DNA of 64,000 nucleotides from Trichinella spiralis (taxonomy: Eukaryota), in the NCBI RefSeq assembly GCF_000181795.1, contig NW_003526943.1, positions 1,855,647-1,919,646 of the forward strand, in the 5' to 3' direction. The position numbers were made by a program, and so were the translations under genes. How positions within the stretch are numbered: position 1 is the stretch's first letter; each line of letters begins with the position of its first letter. This document shows positions 44,607-57,307 of this stretch, in pieces. The notes under the pieces are model-generated. The model ran no database searches, was not told the origin of the DNA, and saw only the letters and a list, made by a program, of their open reading frames with translations.

Positions 44607-46580
44607 ATGGCAGAAATGTCGGATATGCAAATCGACGTTGATGAATACAGTAGAATAAATGAAAAAGCGAAATGCACGTTTCGTCTGCTGGATCTGTTGG
44701 GTGCATCAGAAACGCGCAGTGCTTTCATAAACGGATTGCAGGCTCGTTCGGCAGAAATAACGGACGCTCGTGATTATTTCAAACCGCCTTCTCAATTTGA
44801 ACGTGACGAATTTGCAAAGCGTAAATTCGAATCGGCCGTCAAAGAGTATTCCACGTTGATCAGCATGTTGAAGCAGTCAGTCAGTGATCGATGTCATCCC
44901 GAACTCAGTGTGTTCAATTTTACCGTCTATGCAGCAATTTTTGCCGACTTTTGTTACAATGATCAGTTTGATTTGGCAAGAGATTTTCTGGAAAAATTTC
45001 TCCCAATTCAAGAATGTTATTATGAAAGTATTATTGAAGAGTTCAGTTTGGTATTGGATGAACAAGATGTGCAATTTTGTTTACCGCTGAGAGAGCTGAA
45101 ATCAAATCGAATAGTTGTCCGTTTGTCCAGGGAGTCCATCTCGGAATTTCGAGAGTTGATCAAATCGCTCCCGCTGATATCGGATATTGTCGAAGCACGT
45201 TTCGAACTGGATACGAGCGACGAGCCGGCTCGCAGTTACGAAACCGTGGAACGTTACCGGGGTTATTTGTTGGGCGAAGCTCCGTTGAAAATGATGAAAA
45301 CCAAAGTCTATTCGGGCATTTTCAAGGATCAAGCATTGCCAATTCTAGCCGACGATTCGACTCGTTTCTTCGATATAGATGGCGATTCAGAGAAGCCTAA
45401 GAAGAAAAAGTCGAAAAGCAAAGATTCGACGACGACGAGAAAGCAAAAAGCAGATCCAAACGCCCCAGCTTGGGGGCGAATTCCTTTCGGACAGCTGAGC
45501 GACACTTGGAAGCTGAAACGTCATCAGATGTTGAGCGAAATTAACCGAAAGCCGAAAGCGAATGTTGAGCTGCGACCTACGGCAATTTTTTACGCTGTAG
45601 AAAATTCTGACGAAGCAATCGATGCAATCACTACGTCAGAAGATTGTAAATTGTTATTCTTGGGATACAGTAATTCGAGTATAACGATGAGATCGTTGAA
45701 TGAAGAACCTTTGCCAACGCTGAAACGAGCCGAAGAGTTAGAATCGTTGAACGTCGACTCGGATGATATCTATACAGAGATGCTGGAAGCGAACCCAACC
45801 GAAGTCGAATACGTGCTCACTGGCCACTCGGGTGAAATTTACAGTCTCAGTTATCACGAGGAGAAGCATATGCTGTTGTCTTGTTCTCAGGATAAGTCGA
45901 TCCGTTTGTGGAATTTGCTCACTAGGGACAATTTGGTTGCCTATCATTATGATGTTTGTGAACCAACGGACGTTCAGTTCAGTACCTTCGGAAGTTATTT
46001 TGTTTCCGGCTATTTCGACGGTGCGGTTTGTTTGTGGGCATTGGACCGTCCTTCACCATTACGTGTCATGCTTGGTCATTACGATTTGGTTGGCAGGGTA
46101 CGATTCCATCCGAATTGCAACTACGTGGCCAGTTGTTCTGAGGATCGAGCAGTTCGAATTTGGGATCTGCTCAATGGCCAGTGTGTGCGCTTGTTCACTG
46201 GACACAAGGCCAGCGTGCAGGCTTTAGAATTTTCCTACGACGGCCGTTGGTTAGCGTCCGGTGGTGAGGATGGGCGGGTGCTCGTATGGGACATTGGCTC
46301 AGGCAAAATGATGCACGACTTCATTAATCACCGTGGTATTGTTTACTCGCTTGCATTCACCAGGGACAGTCGGGTATTGGCTTCTGGAGGTACTGATCGC
46401 AATATTGTTATCAAATCACTTGTTTCTCAAACTTCTTCAACTGTAGTCAACGACACCAATCTTCTGAGCTCCACTACTCACTCAAGAGAACATACGTTTG
46501 GGGTTGAGGCCGCTTCTGCGCAGTATTTGCGATTCAGTCTACGAAATGTTTTATTTGCTTTTGGTGGTGTAGGCCAATAA
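44607..46580 (+). CDS. TAF5: TFIID subunit TAF5 (NTD2 plus WD40 repeats), single 657-aa ORF
   Basis: KADPNAP..RIP, LTGHSGEIYSL, LLSCSQDKSIRLW, RFHPNCNYVA..SEDRAVRIWD, GQCVRLFTGH and the C-terminal LRFSLRNVL. Confidence 0.93.
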   Translation: MAEMSDMQIDVDEYSRINEKAKCTFRLLDLLGASETRSAFINGLQARSAEITDARDYFKPPSQFERDEFAKRKFESAVKEYSTLISMLKQSVSDRCHPELSVFNFTVYAAIFADFCYNDQFDLARDFLEKFLPIQECYYESIIEEFSLVLDEQDVQFCLPLRELKSNRIVVRLSRESISEFRELIKSLPLISDIVEARFELDTSDEPARSYETVERYRGYLLGEAPLKMMKTKVYSGIFKDQALPILADDSTRFFDIDGDSEKPKKKKSKSKDSTTTRKQKADPNAPAWGRIPFGQLSDTWKLKRHQMLSEINRKPKANVELRPTAIFYAVENSDEAIDAITTSEDCKLLFLGYSNSSITMRSLNEEPLPTLKRAEELESLNVDSDDIYTEMLEANPTEVEYVLTGHSGEIYSLSYHEEKHMLLSCSQDKSIRLWNLLTRDNLVAYHYDVCEPTDVQFSTFGSYFVSGYFDGAVCLWALDRPSPLRVMLGHYDLVGRVRFHPNCNYVASCSEDRAVRIWDLLNGQCVRLFTGHKASVQALEFSYDGRWLASGGEDGRVLVWDIGSGKMMHDFINHRGIVYSLAFTRDSRVLASGGTDRNIVIKSLVSQTSSTVVNDTNLLSSTTHSREHTFGVEAASAQYLRFSLRNVLFAFGGVGQ

Positions 46581-47397
46581 TATACTTTTTATTTCTGAAC
46601 CTACCAAAAACAGTTTGCTTTCCTTATTCTATTTTTTATTGTAGAAGTAAAAATTATCCTACTGAACAAGTTACATTATTTTTATATTGCAAGAATTTGT
46701 ATTCAGAAAAACCTTTTTACACTGAAATTAAATGTATATGTAGTTTTTGTATATTTGCTACTGTTATTGAATGAAAATAACAAAATAATTTTACTGAATG
46801 CAGTTTTCAAAGCTGGATGTTACGCATTAATATATTTATTTTCATGGTATCTTAGATCAAAGTATTTTTTTAATAGCATGGCATGTCAAAAATTAAACTT
46901 TCAAAAATAAACTGAATTGTTGCGGCATAAAACTCTACAGAAAAAGTACGACATTTTTATTGGATAAAATAAATTTACAATTTAACAGTGGTCATTCAAC
47001 GAAATGATTTGCAATTCAGCATAGCAGCGAAAACATGCTTATAAAACAATTCGACTTGAAAGTGGTTTATTTTTCATTTATTGTAAAATATTTGCCTGTT
47101 GACTGCTTCGATAAATTTACAATAAAAAATAAATTTTTGTTCTATAAATGTAAATTAACCCATAGATTATCAAAATTTTTATTATTAACTATTTATTAAT
47201 TTTTAAAAAGTAATAATTTTGACAGAAAATGAAAAGTTACTTTACAAAATTACTTTAAACCAGCAGAGAATAGTGAAAAGGTATTTAAAAAATTTTTTAG
47301 TTTAAAGTTCCATTTTAAAGTTACTTCTCTCAACAGTGACGAAACGAAGCAGTAATCATTTTCGACAGCGGAGCCGAAGTGATCAGCGGATAGAAAG

Positions 47398-48150
47398 ATG
47401 ACCAGCCCCCAAGACAAGCAAAGCGCGGATAAAGCCAAATCCGGATCTGGCCAATCGGATGATGCATCATTCGACGCCTTCAATGAGGGAAGTGTGTATT
47501 CGATGATGTATTCGATGGCAGAAAGTCAGTACGTCGGTAGAGCATCGGCCCAAGCAGGACCGTCCATGTCGAAAGAATTGGAAGATGAATTGGTGCAAAA
47601 AATGGCAATGTCGAAATTTCAGCAACTGGAAAAAGTGAAACTGACCGGACGTCGTGTGATCCTGATACGGAACGCTGAACGTGTGGATCGCATCTTTCCG
47701 GATTGGATGAATATGGCTTTTGATGCAAATGTAGATGATTATTATTTTGCTTTTGATCAATAATTATAATATTGTAATTTTGCTTAATGGTTATAGGGCA
47801 AATATCAGCCGTATGATTTGAATCAGCCTTTGTCGTTGCCGAATCGAACGGGCAGCTTTCACCAATTTCGTTATGATGCACCAATAACAGAATTGGGATG
47901 TGTAGTTTCCATGATGATTGGACGTGCGTTGAAATTCAACAGCCAACATCCGCACAAAGTGTTCACTTCACCTGCCCTGCGGTGCATCCAAAGCTGCAAA
48001 AATATTTTGAAAGCAATGGGCAATTCAGAGTTGAAGATGTGCATTGAGCCGGCTTTTTTCGAATGGTTGTCTTGGTATGAAGGGTGCTGCCGGATTGGAT
48101 ATCTGAGGACCAATTTGATGAAATCCAATTACAAAATTGACAACAATTAC
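47398..48150 (+). CDS. Second, truncated copy of the Sts/UBASH3-like phosphatase (runs into an assembly gap)
   Basis: Appears identical to 33814-~34497 including intron 1. Indels occur only in the last ~80 nt before the N gap at 48168. Confidence 0.6.
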
Positions 48151-48439
48151 AGAGGCCATTTTTGTCCNNNNNNNNNNCTGTGGTGGATTCCTCATTGCCG
48201 CCCACAGGTTCTGCTTGAGGACCAATTGTCCGAGCTGGTGCAAGCTTGTGAAGAAAAAAGGTGGAAAAATTTTTTTTTTAATATGTCGATCGATTGAACT
48301 TTATATATGCTGCTACTGATCAACCACATAGCTGCGATCGGCTAAATGTTGATCATGCCGACCGACTAGTAAATCTATGGAGCCCGATTTGCTCCTCCCA
48401 GCATGTCATCTCGTGATTTGATGATCGTCTCCTGCGAAT

Positions 48440-48999
48440 CTAATCATACATGAACATACTACTTTCACTGCACTTGCTGACGTGCAGACGGTTCCGACTG
48501 TCCATGGAGAGATGTAGAGAGGTTTTCAGAAGGAGGGCAGGATTTTTACCATCCCACTCTGGCCAATTTTGACACATCGCTCCAGATCGTACCAGAAAAT
48601 TTTCTGCCGGCCAGTGTCGACAACGACCAAACGATTGTTGCGGTCCACCAGCAGTCCGTGAGGTGAATGGAGAAAATCCCTACCGTATTCGGCGACCAAT
48701 TCGCCAGTGGAGACGTTGACGAGGTTCACTTGGCTGCACTGTTTGGCAGTTATGAGAAAGTATCTGTCGCCTTGGCAGCTGCTGTCGCCGAAGCTATTTT
48801 CCAGCTGCCAGATGCCGAGAGGGCGTGGGAAGTGATCCGTATTTTTCCACTGCTCAACAAATCTGAAGTTGCGGCCAAACATTTGGATAGTTTGTTTGGA
48901 AATGTCTGACATACGAAAAGTCATCAGCCTTATCTCGAATATCCTTCGGATGTTCAATCTGTCCGGTTCCGGTGCCGATGCTGTCGAAATGGAATACAT
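48440..48999 (-). pseudogene. NHL-repeat beta-propeller fragment with a frameshift (pseudogene or assembly error)
   Basis: NHL-like repeats FPRPLGI and LHSPHGLLVDRNNRLVVVDTG. A further repeat (LSMDSRNRLHVS) continues in another frame after ~48552. It lies on a short contig between two gaps. Confidence 0.5.
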
Positions 49000-49364
49000 T
49001 ACGATAATTCAAAATGCGGAACACAGATCGCCTGCGACACTAAACCCAACTCCCGACCTCTGCTGACTACTGTGCCCCTATATGTTCTCTCCCAGGATCC
49101 CACTGCTGTTCATACTGTTATACAGACGAGGTTTTGCAAATCGTTACCGGGCTTGATGATGATCTAATCATCCATGCCAAAGGGCATTTATTTCGATTCC
49201 TTTATTCCCACAAAGTCACCTTTGAGAGTTACAGATTTCCGCCGATACGGCCCTTGCATTTTCGAAAAACTAAACACGTATAACAAAAAGAGTAAATAAT
49301 CAGATAATTTTCNNNNNNNNNNACAACAATAATAAACAACATATCAGTGATTAACAAAGTGTTA

Positions 49365-49720
49365 TCACCGGTGATTTCAAAATTACAAATTATTGTTTGT
49401 GGATAAAGATTGACCCTAAGGACAGCCGCTTTGTTTATTGAAGCTTGAAAAATAAACTCTTATTTGCCAATATCTTTAACCGTACATAGCAACAGACTAC
49501 TGGCACCAGCTTACTCTCCACAATGGCATGGATGGTAAAATGCTATTGATATCATTGAGGTACAACCTTGAATGTACCATCCGTACCCCCAAGTTTTTAC
49601 AGTTGCCATCAGTCTATATAGGTCAGGTGTCCATCTACCCAGCAGGTTTCAACGTGATCTTTTCAATCGATCCCAGCCGGAACTTCTAAATCTGTCCACA
49701 CTGCACCCCCGCAGCCTTCT
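49365..49720 (-). mobile_element. MULE (Mutator-like) transposase remnant
   Basis: The minus strand reads DGTFKVVPQ*YQ*HFTIHAIVESKLVPVV..., then after frameshifts NKAAVLRVNLYPQTIIC.FE. These are decayed MULE DDE-domain motifs. Confidence 0.75.
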
Positions 49721-49943
49721 TTATCCTATACCAAAATAAAGTAATTGTTAATAACTAGCAACACATGCTGTACATTCAGCGCATACTTTTGAACACCTCC
49801 AATATTTCTGTTTGCCGGCACGTTTTAATTTGTATGCCCTGCCTACCAAACCACAGAATTGGACCAAATCGCGCAACGATTTGGTGCAAGATGTAACTCA
49901 GGGTATTGAGCCATAACAAGGAACAGAATAAAAAATGATTCGA

Positions 49944-50498
49944 ATAACTCTGGAACGCAAAGTACTGAACGCAAACGCAAGACCAACCGAAAATGAATTT
50001 CAGAACTTTGAATTCCAATTTAAATCACTTTTGCAAAAGGAAGTTAACGTCAATCGCAGCAGTAAGGGATGCTAGAATTAGCAGTCTCGAATTTTCTTAG
50101 CTTTTCTACTATTCCGGTTTATTTGTCTAGCTCAGTCAGTTATGTTTAGCTTTATGCCCAATAGGACTTTGCTTCCTGATTCTGATGTATATCTCGTTTC
50201 TTCTAGTATTAGTAATACGGGTATTGATATCTATGAAAAATACAGTCCGTTTCCAGTTCAGAATTTCAGCAAGCAAAAAATTTCAGATTCACGACCATAT
50301 CTGATATTTGATTCATCAGTTTCTTGTGATGAATCATTACAACAGGGAAGCAAATACTGTTCAACAGAATGTGCACTAAGATTTATTTCGCCCATCATCT
50401 AATAACTCTTGAACGCAAAGCACTGAACTCAAACGCAAGATCAAAAAGGAAAATAAATTGGACGGTTTAGAATTTCATTTTAAATAACCATTTTGCAA
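49944..50498. repeat. Diverged ~95-bp direct repeat (49944-50036 and 50402-50498)
   Basis: ataactctggaacgcaaagtactgaacgcaaacgcaagacc... versus ataactcttgaacgcaaagcactgaactcaaacgcaagatc... Confidence 0.7.
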
Positions 50499-51173
50499 CA
50501 ATATTTAGTTTTTATTTCATATTTTATCTACAATCGAAGATCAACTTCTGATATTCCTTGTGGCACTAATGTCTTGTGAACAATTTGTCAAATTGTGCAT
50601 TTTCCCTTTGTATCAAAATCGCCTTTACCAACTTATGTAAAACGCAAACAATGTTTGACAAAGGCATATGCGTGAAATCATGCGTAAAATTCAGTGAAAT
50701 TGTGAGCTAACACGTAACGGCAGCATTAGCGCCATTTGTAACCCGGAAATTGGAAGTGTTGCTACAACATTCCAGATTTTTCAAACCGATTATTCAGTAT
50801 TCTGACTTTACAGCCGTAAAGTTAACATCCAAACTTGATAAATTTCAACAGGCAACAAACTAATTTACTTCATTGGGAGCAAATTTATATATCAGGAGGG
50901 AAATCGGTACTATACCGATGTTGTTGATGCTGTTGGCTAGTGAAAAATAAAAATCACTATTTAACTGCTTTTTTGTATTGTTATATATATATATTCTGAC
51001 GAATATTGTGAGACTCTTTTATACAGATGTGCGGGTGGAAGTATTTTAAAGATATTTGATTGATGATGTACCCAATCTACAAACACACTCTAAACAACCC
51101 CAACAATAAAATGATTAAAACATTATCTNNNNNNNNNNNNNNNNNNNNNNNNNNNNNNNNNNNNNNNNNNNNN

Positions 51174-51639
51174 GATAACGACATTACTTCGAGTGACGAA
51201 GTTGGCGATTCCTCTCCAATGAAGGTGGTATCGGAATATTTTCCGGTCTGTCCGCCACTGAGGCCGCATCAGAGAATGTCATGAATAGAAGTGACACCGA
51301 AGAAGAAGAAGAAGAAGAAGAAGCAGCTAAGGACGAAAATGTTGAATTGGCGAAATCTTCATCGTCAAAAACGACAAAGATTGCTGAAGAGAGTGACTCA
51401 GAGGACAGCGAATTATCATTCAAGCCTGTAATTCATAGAAAGGTAGCTGTTGGTTGCATTAGAGATTCTTCCAGTACCACAAGCAGCTCGAGCACGTCTA
51501 GCAGTAGCCGGTCAGAAAAACAACTCGATCTTGGTAATTATAATAGAAGTTTAATTTTTATATATTGGACTGTTTTGTTTTATATTATTTTTTTTCAATT
51601 TTCATCTTGATTATGTACTTTTTTTTCATTTATTCAGTC

Positions 51640-51676
<37 letters not shown>

Positions 51677-54600
51677 CTTAGATGCGTTCAAGTTTCCTGA
51701 AGAGAGAGCAAGGAATTCAGAGAAGAAAAGGAAATCGAGATCATCTTCATCACTCATTGGTCGAAAAAAGTAAATAACTTATAAATTTGTCTTGATGTTG
51801 TGAATTTTTCTTACCGAAGAAGCATGTGGGGGGGGGATATTCAATTCATGTTGCTTGGTGCTAATTTCACTGTTTACGCATAGCTGATATGAATTTCATT
51901 GTCTAGGCGTTTGCATCGTTTGTGGTACAGTACCTCTTCAGATGAAAATTCTGATCATGGGAAGAATAATGGCGAGCAGTCATCGGACGGCAAGCTCGGT
52001 GGGTTGACTTTGGAAAGCAGTCCTGCTCCTCCGGTTCGTTTGCAGAAACGTATGCGTTTGCAAATTTTGTCATTCAACGCGAAATGAAAATAAAAGTCAA
52101 TAATCGTTGCTTGCAGGGAAAGTCGACGACAATGATGAAGAAAGTGAGGAAATGAAGGAGAAGACGAAGAAAAGTAGTGTTGAAATGAATTATTCGAATC
52201 TCTCTAATTTTATGCATTTTTTAATTGGATATTTTTTGCAGGACATTTGTCGCCGTTGTCGAATAGTGAGAATGAAAAGGAGGCAGTTACAGTGGACAGC
52301 AGCAAGGAAGAAACGAATGGTGAGAATATTGTTGTTATTAGTTGATGTGATATTTGTATGATGTATTTGAATTTTTAGAAGAGCAAGTTACCCAAAAGGG
52401 CGAAACTGAGGAGGAGGAGGAGGAGAAGAAAAGCAAAGAAGATGAGAAGAAGAAGAAGAAGAAAGATGAAAAGAAGAACAAGGAAAAGGACGATGGTGAA
52501 AGTGAAAATTCAGATTTGAATGAATTGGTATCTTTTTTTTCTTTTGTCGAATAATAATCATGTTGAATGATAGGATAGATGAATGGATATTGTATTTTCT
52601 TTTTGTTTTCTTTTCAGCAAAGTCCTAGAAAGAAGAACACTTTACGCAGGGATATTCGTGGCATCATGAAAATGAAAGATTTGAAAAAGTCGACCGTGAA
52701 AGCTCACAGAGACGAGATGGCTCGCAGGAAAAGAATTGAGATGTTGCAGAAGAAGGTGAGCAACCTTTTTCTGTTGCGATAACGATATATATATGTATAT
52801 GTTTGGTAATGGGGGTTTTTGTTTTGCAGTATAATAATTTTTCCAACGCTCCTACGGTGGAGACTGTCAATACGGGGAAAGTTGTTTTGGAAATTTCTGA
52901 AGATGGAAAACCGATTGTAGAAGTTGATGAAGAAATTTCTAAAATGTTGAAACCCCACCAAGCGAAAGGCGTGCAATTTTTGTACCAGTGCATTTTTGAG
53001 AAGAAGTCCAAAGAGAAAAATCTCGGTGGTGGTTGCATTTTGGCCCATTGTATGGGTCTTGGAAAAACTTTTCAAGTTTGTCTTTTTCTCTCAATTCTTA
53101 TTTTCAAGTCAAGTGAAATTTTCGTTTTCTCTAAATCTAGGTGTTGGCTTTCTTGCATACGGTGATGAAAGACGTCGATTTTAACGTTAATCGAGTTTTG
53201 ATTGTCACTCCGATTAATGTTGTTCTGAATTGGCGAAACGAAATATCACTTTGGTTGGATGATCACGGTTTTGACAAAAATGTGAGCCCTTGACGGGAAC
53301 GTCTATATTCTGTTCGTGTTTGAAATGGATTTTTATGCATTTTATGTTCAGATCTGGGCAATGCACGAAGTTAGAACGACCAAAGACAGATATTACGTTA
53401 TTGAACGTTGGGAAAATGATGGCGGCATTTTGATCATCGGCTATGAATTGCTTCGCTATTTGTTGACGTGTACTCGCAAAGGGAACAGAGCAATGATTGA
53501 AAAAGCTTTTTCGAAACCTGGTAGGTTTTTGTTCGAAACAGGAAAGAAACATTGGCAAAATATTATAATAATTTGTACAATGACTTAAAGGGCCTGATAT
53601 TGTTGTCTGTGACGAAGCGCATCGATTGAAAAATGAAAAAAGCGGCATTTCGCAAGCGTTATTGCAAATTCCAACAAAACGGCGCATATGTTTGACAGGC
53701 ACTCCGTTGCAGAACAATTTGATGGAATGTACGGAAATACTGCTCGAATAAATAAATAAATAGATAATTTGCAATTCGGTGATATTTTTTTAGATTATGC
53801 AATGGTAAATTTTGTGAAACCGAATTTGTTGGGAACTCGAATGGAATTTCTTAACCGCTTTGTCAATCCTATCAAAAATGGTCAAATGTCGGATTCAACT
53901 TTGGGCGATGTGGCTTTGATGAAACGTCGAGTGCACATTTTGCACAATTTGCTGTGCGGTTTTGTGCATGTCAGTTGTTTTTTTTTGTGATGGTTTTTTG
54001 CAAAATGTTCAGAGTTTCAAATTTGAATTTTTTTTTCCAGAGAGTCGATTATCGTGCTATTTCTGAGGCGCTTCCTCCGAAATTTGAATACGTTCTATTT
54101 GTACGCTTGAGCAACGTCCAACGGAAACTTTACACCGATTATTTGGGCACATTTTATGATGAATCGCGAAATGTGAAAGACAAGAGCGTTTTGCAGTCGG
54201 CGTTGTTTGTCCATTATCAAGTTTTGCAACGTGTTTGTTCGCATCCTCGCGAATTGTTCATCATGGAAGAGAGGGCCCAGAAAAAGGTATAACAGTGTTT
54301 TGTTGTCGAAGGAAAGAAGAGAGGATACTTTTTATTTATACTGACTGATTTTTGATGTGTTGGTCAATTTTGACGGGAAAAGGAGTGGTTTTATTATTAC
54401 CATTATTTTTTTGTTCGAGGTTCAGTTAAAACGATTACCGGTGTCAAATGGTGCGAATGGAAACAAGGTTATGGAGAACAAGGTGTTGCGATTACTTACC
54501 AAAAACCTAAAAATAAGAAAAGGATTTTTATTTCATTTTTTTCTTTTTTTTTCTTCACATTTCATATTTCTATCTTGCTCTTTTTTCTCCTTCTCTATAT

Positions 54601-55088
54601 ATCTCCCGTGTCTATCTCTGTACTTTTTAAATTAGAATATTTGATATACATATAATTCTTATTTAGCTAACTGAATATGAATATGTCTATTAATCTGTCT
54701 CTCTCTCTCTCTTTCTCTTTTTCATTTTCCATCAATCTACTGGCTATCTCTATCTCATTGAAATTATAATATTTGATATGTGAAATTTTTTATTTAGCTA
54801 AACGAATATGAATCTGAACAGTCGCTGTCTTCATCACTGTCGACAAACAGTTGTGAATTGACCGACGAGGAGCCGGCTAATAGAGAACAATCTGTTGCTA
54901 AAGATTTGCCGAAGCCAATTGAGCCACCACCGGTTTCAAAAAAGAATTGGTATTTGCCCACTTTGAAAGAAGACGATCCTTTGCTAGTGGAAATGTCGGG
55001 AAAAATGGTCGTCTTGTTTGAAATTATTCAACGGTGTGGTGATATTGGTGACAAAGTGTAAGCAGTGGAACTTGAAAAACTTGTGCAT

Positions 55089-55135
<47 letters not shown>

Positions 55136-56979
55136 TTTGTGTGCAAATTGTTTCTTGATCGGTAGATTTGGTTTTTGCTTGTTCAACGATTTCAACAAAT
55201 CTATATGTATGTATTTCAGGTTGATCTTCTCGCAGAGCTTAATCACATTAGACTTAATAGAAGAATTGTTGCGATTGCAAGAGCGAAACGTCGGTGAATC
55301 ATCGTCGAGAGAATTCAACTACTGGGTGCCGGGTATTGATTATATTCGTATGGATGGTTCCACGAACGCCTCGACTCGTGAACGCTTGGCCAAGAAATTC
55401 AACGACGAGACCAACAGACGGTATATAAAAAACGAACAGCAGCAGACGTTGGGAGACTGGGAAGGGGGAGGGGGAGGGGTGGGGTGGTATATATATTGAT
55501 AAATAATTTCAATTGCATGCAATTTTGTTTTATAGTTGCCGTGTTTTTTTGCTGTCGACCAAAGCTGGTTCGCTTGGAATTAATTTGATTGGTGCTAATC
55601 GAGTGGTGGTGTTCGATGCGAATTGGAACCCGTCGCATGATTTACAAGCCATGTTCCGTGTTTATCGTCTTGGCCAGTGCAAGCCAGTCTACATTTATCG
55701 TCTCATTGCCAAGGTGTGAATGTTGTTGTTGTTTGTTCTTTTCAAATTTCCATTTCAGGGTACAATGGAAGAGACCATTTACCAAAGGCAAGTAGTGAAG
55801 CAGTCGTTGTCGTGCCGGGTAATTGATGAACAACAAATTGGACGTCACTTCACCTTTTCCGACCTGGAATACTTGTACCATTTTGATCCTGACGAAGATG
55901 ACAAGCACCGTACTGAAACTCCAGTACTGCCAAAGGTGAGTGCGAGAGAGTGTGTGTGTGCGTTTATTTCAACAAAATTATGCAAATTAATTTTTCGCAG
56001 GATCGATTGTTGGCAGATTTGCTTTGTGACATTTCGCAGTGGATTATCCGGTACATTGAACACGATTCGCTGTTGAAAAACATCGTAGAGGAAAAGTTGA
56101 CCGAAGAGGAGCTGAAGTCGGCTTGGCGCGAATACGAGGACGAGCGAAAACGGGAAAAAGATGCCAAAGAGCAGCTTGAACTACAGCAGCAGATGAATTA
56201 CAACGTTCCTCCTCCGTTGGTGTACATGTCTCCGGCCTTTGCGCCACCTCTGACCCCGCCCCCTCCCCCGGTCCCACAGTCGCCGCCGCCGCCGCCGCTG
56301 TTGCTGCCAAATTTCTCAGTCGGCACCGGCGTGCAGCAACGGATGCCGCAGACGGACGTCCCCCGGTTGTCAATTTTTTCACAAGGCACAACAGTTTCGA
56401 ACCCAACTATGCAGTTTTCACACTCGACCCCAACTCTCTTAGCCAGATTAACAGGAAACTATGAATTGGCGCAGCACGTTCGTCTGCCGCGCCCGCATTC
56501 TATGACTTCTTCCTCCACGTCGCCCGATCTGATGATGGGTACTGACCGATTGTTTCCCGAAATGCGGGAAAAGATGCCAGATCTGACATTCACGTCTCGT
56601 GGTAAGTAAAAAAAAAGTTGCCGCATGCTTGTCGAGTCCAGTAATTTCAATTGGATAGGAGCTAATTGTCTCGCTTCTTCAGCTAAATTTGGAAATCCTC
56701 CAGTGAACAGTTCAGAAATCAACACGTTGGTCACTCCGGAAATTCGAAGCAAGCTGCTTCGCATCGCTAATCGAACAGGCAAATCAATGCAGAACTGGTT
56801 GAAGCAAATTTCCCTTGAGGTGAAAGCTGTTTATTTTTTTTATTTATTTACTTATTCAACATTCTCTCACTCACTCTCTCTCTTTCTTTATACAGTATCC
56901 GCAGGCGACCACCAACAGAGTAGCACTGCAGAATGTCGTCGACGATCTGTACCGCCAACATGGCCAACCTCGACTGTGA
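51174..56979 (+). CDS. ATRX: ATRX/XNP-1 SNF2-family chromatin remodeller, many exons; 5' end lost in the gap at 51129-51173
   Basis: Acidic/Ser-rich N-terminus; [65 protein letters not shown]...[43 protein letters not shown], and [17 protein letters not shown]. Confidence 0.93.
55088..55138. repeat. (TTTA)n microsatellite in an ATRX intron
   Basis: About 12 copies of ttta. Confidence 0.9.
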
Positions 56980-57089
56980 TTCTTCTTTGTCTTATCTTAC
57001 ATTCACCATTTCCGAATTTTGTTTTATGTTAATTTTATGCGTATGTACATTTGAACAATAAAAAATTAAATAACCAATTCATTAATGCA

Positions 57090-57091
<2 letters not shown>

Positions 57092-57123
<32 letters not shown>
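57092..57123. repeat. (TA)n microsatellite between the convergent ATRX and RPL36A 3' ends
   Basis: atatatat... run. Confidence 0.9.
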
Positions 57124-57126
<3 letters not shown>

Positions 57127-57307
57127 TATTTGTTAACTTGCGCCATGCGTGAGCTCTCTATCTGTCTGTCCATCTGTAAACTTATCCTGCTGTTTATCAT
57201 TTACATAGTATACAAGAGATATTAGTTTTATGAAATTTGAAAACAACAACAAAACTGCTGCATATAGAATTTATTTTTTTCATCCAAAAAAAATAACAGC
57301 AAACACT

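Larger units (their letters stand above)
48168..51173. other. Region containing three assembly gaps (48168-48177, 49313-49322, 51129-51173)
   Basis: Runs of N. Confidence 0.99.

Noticed and set aside
45763..46227. Alternative-frame and antisense ORFs within TAF5, ATRX and the phosphatase genes
   Set aside because: Expected by-products of GC-richer coding sequence; no independent signals.
52528..52617. ATRX intron starting GTATCTTT as a U12-type intron
   Set aside because: No TCCTTAAC-like branch point, and it has an ordinary polypyrimidine acceptor.
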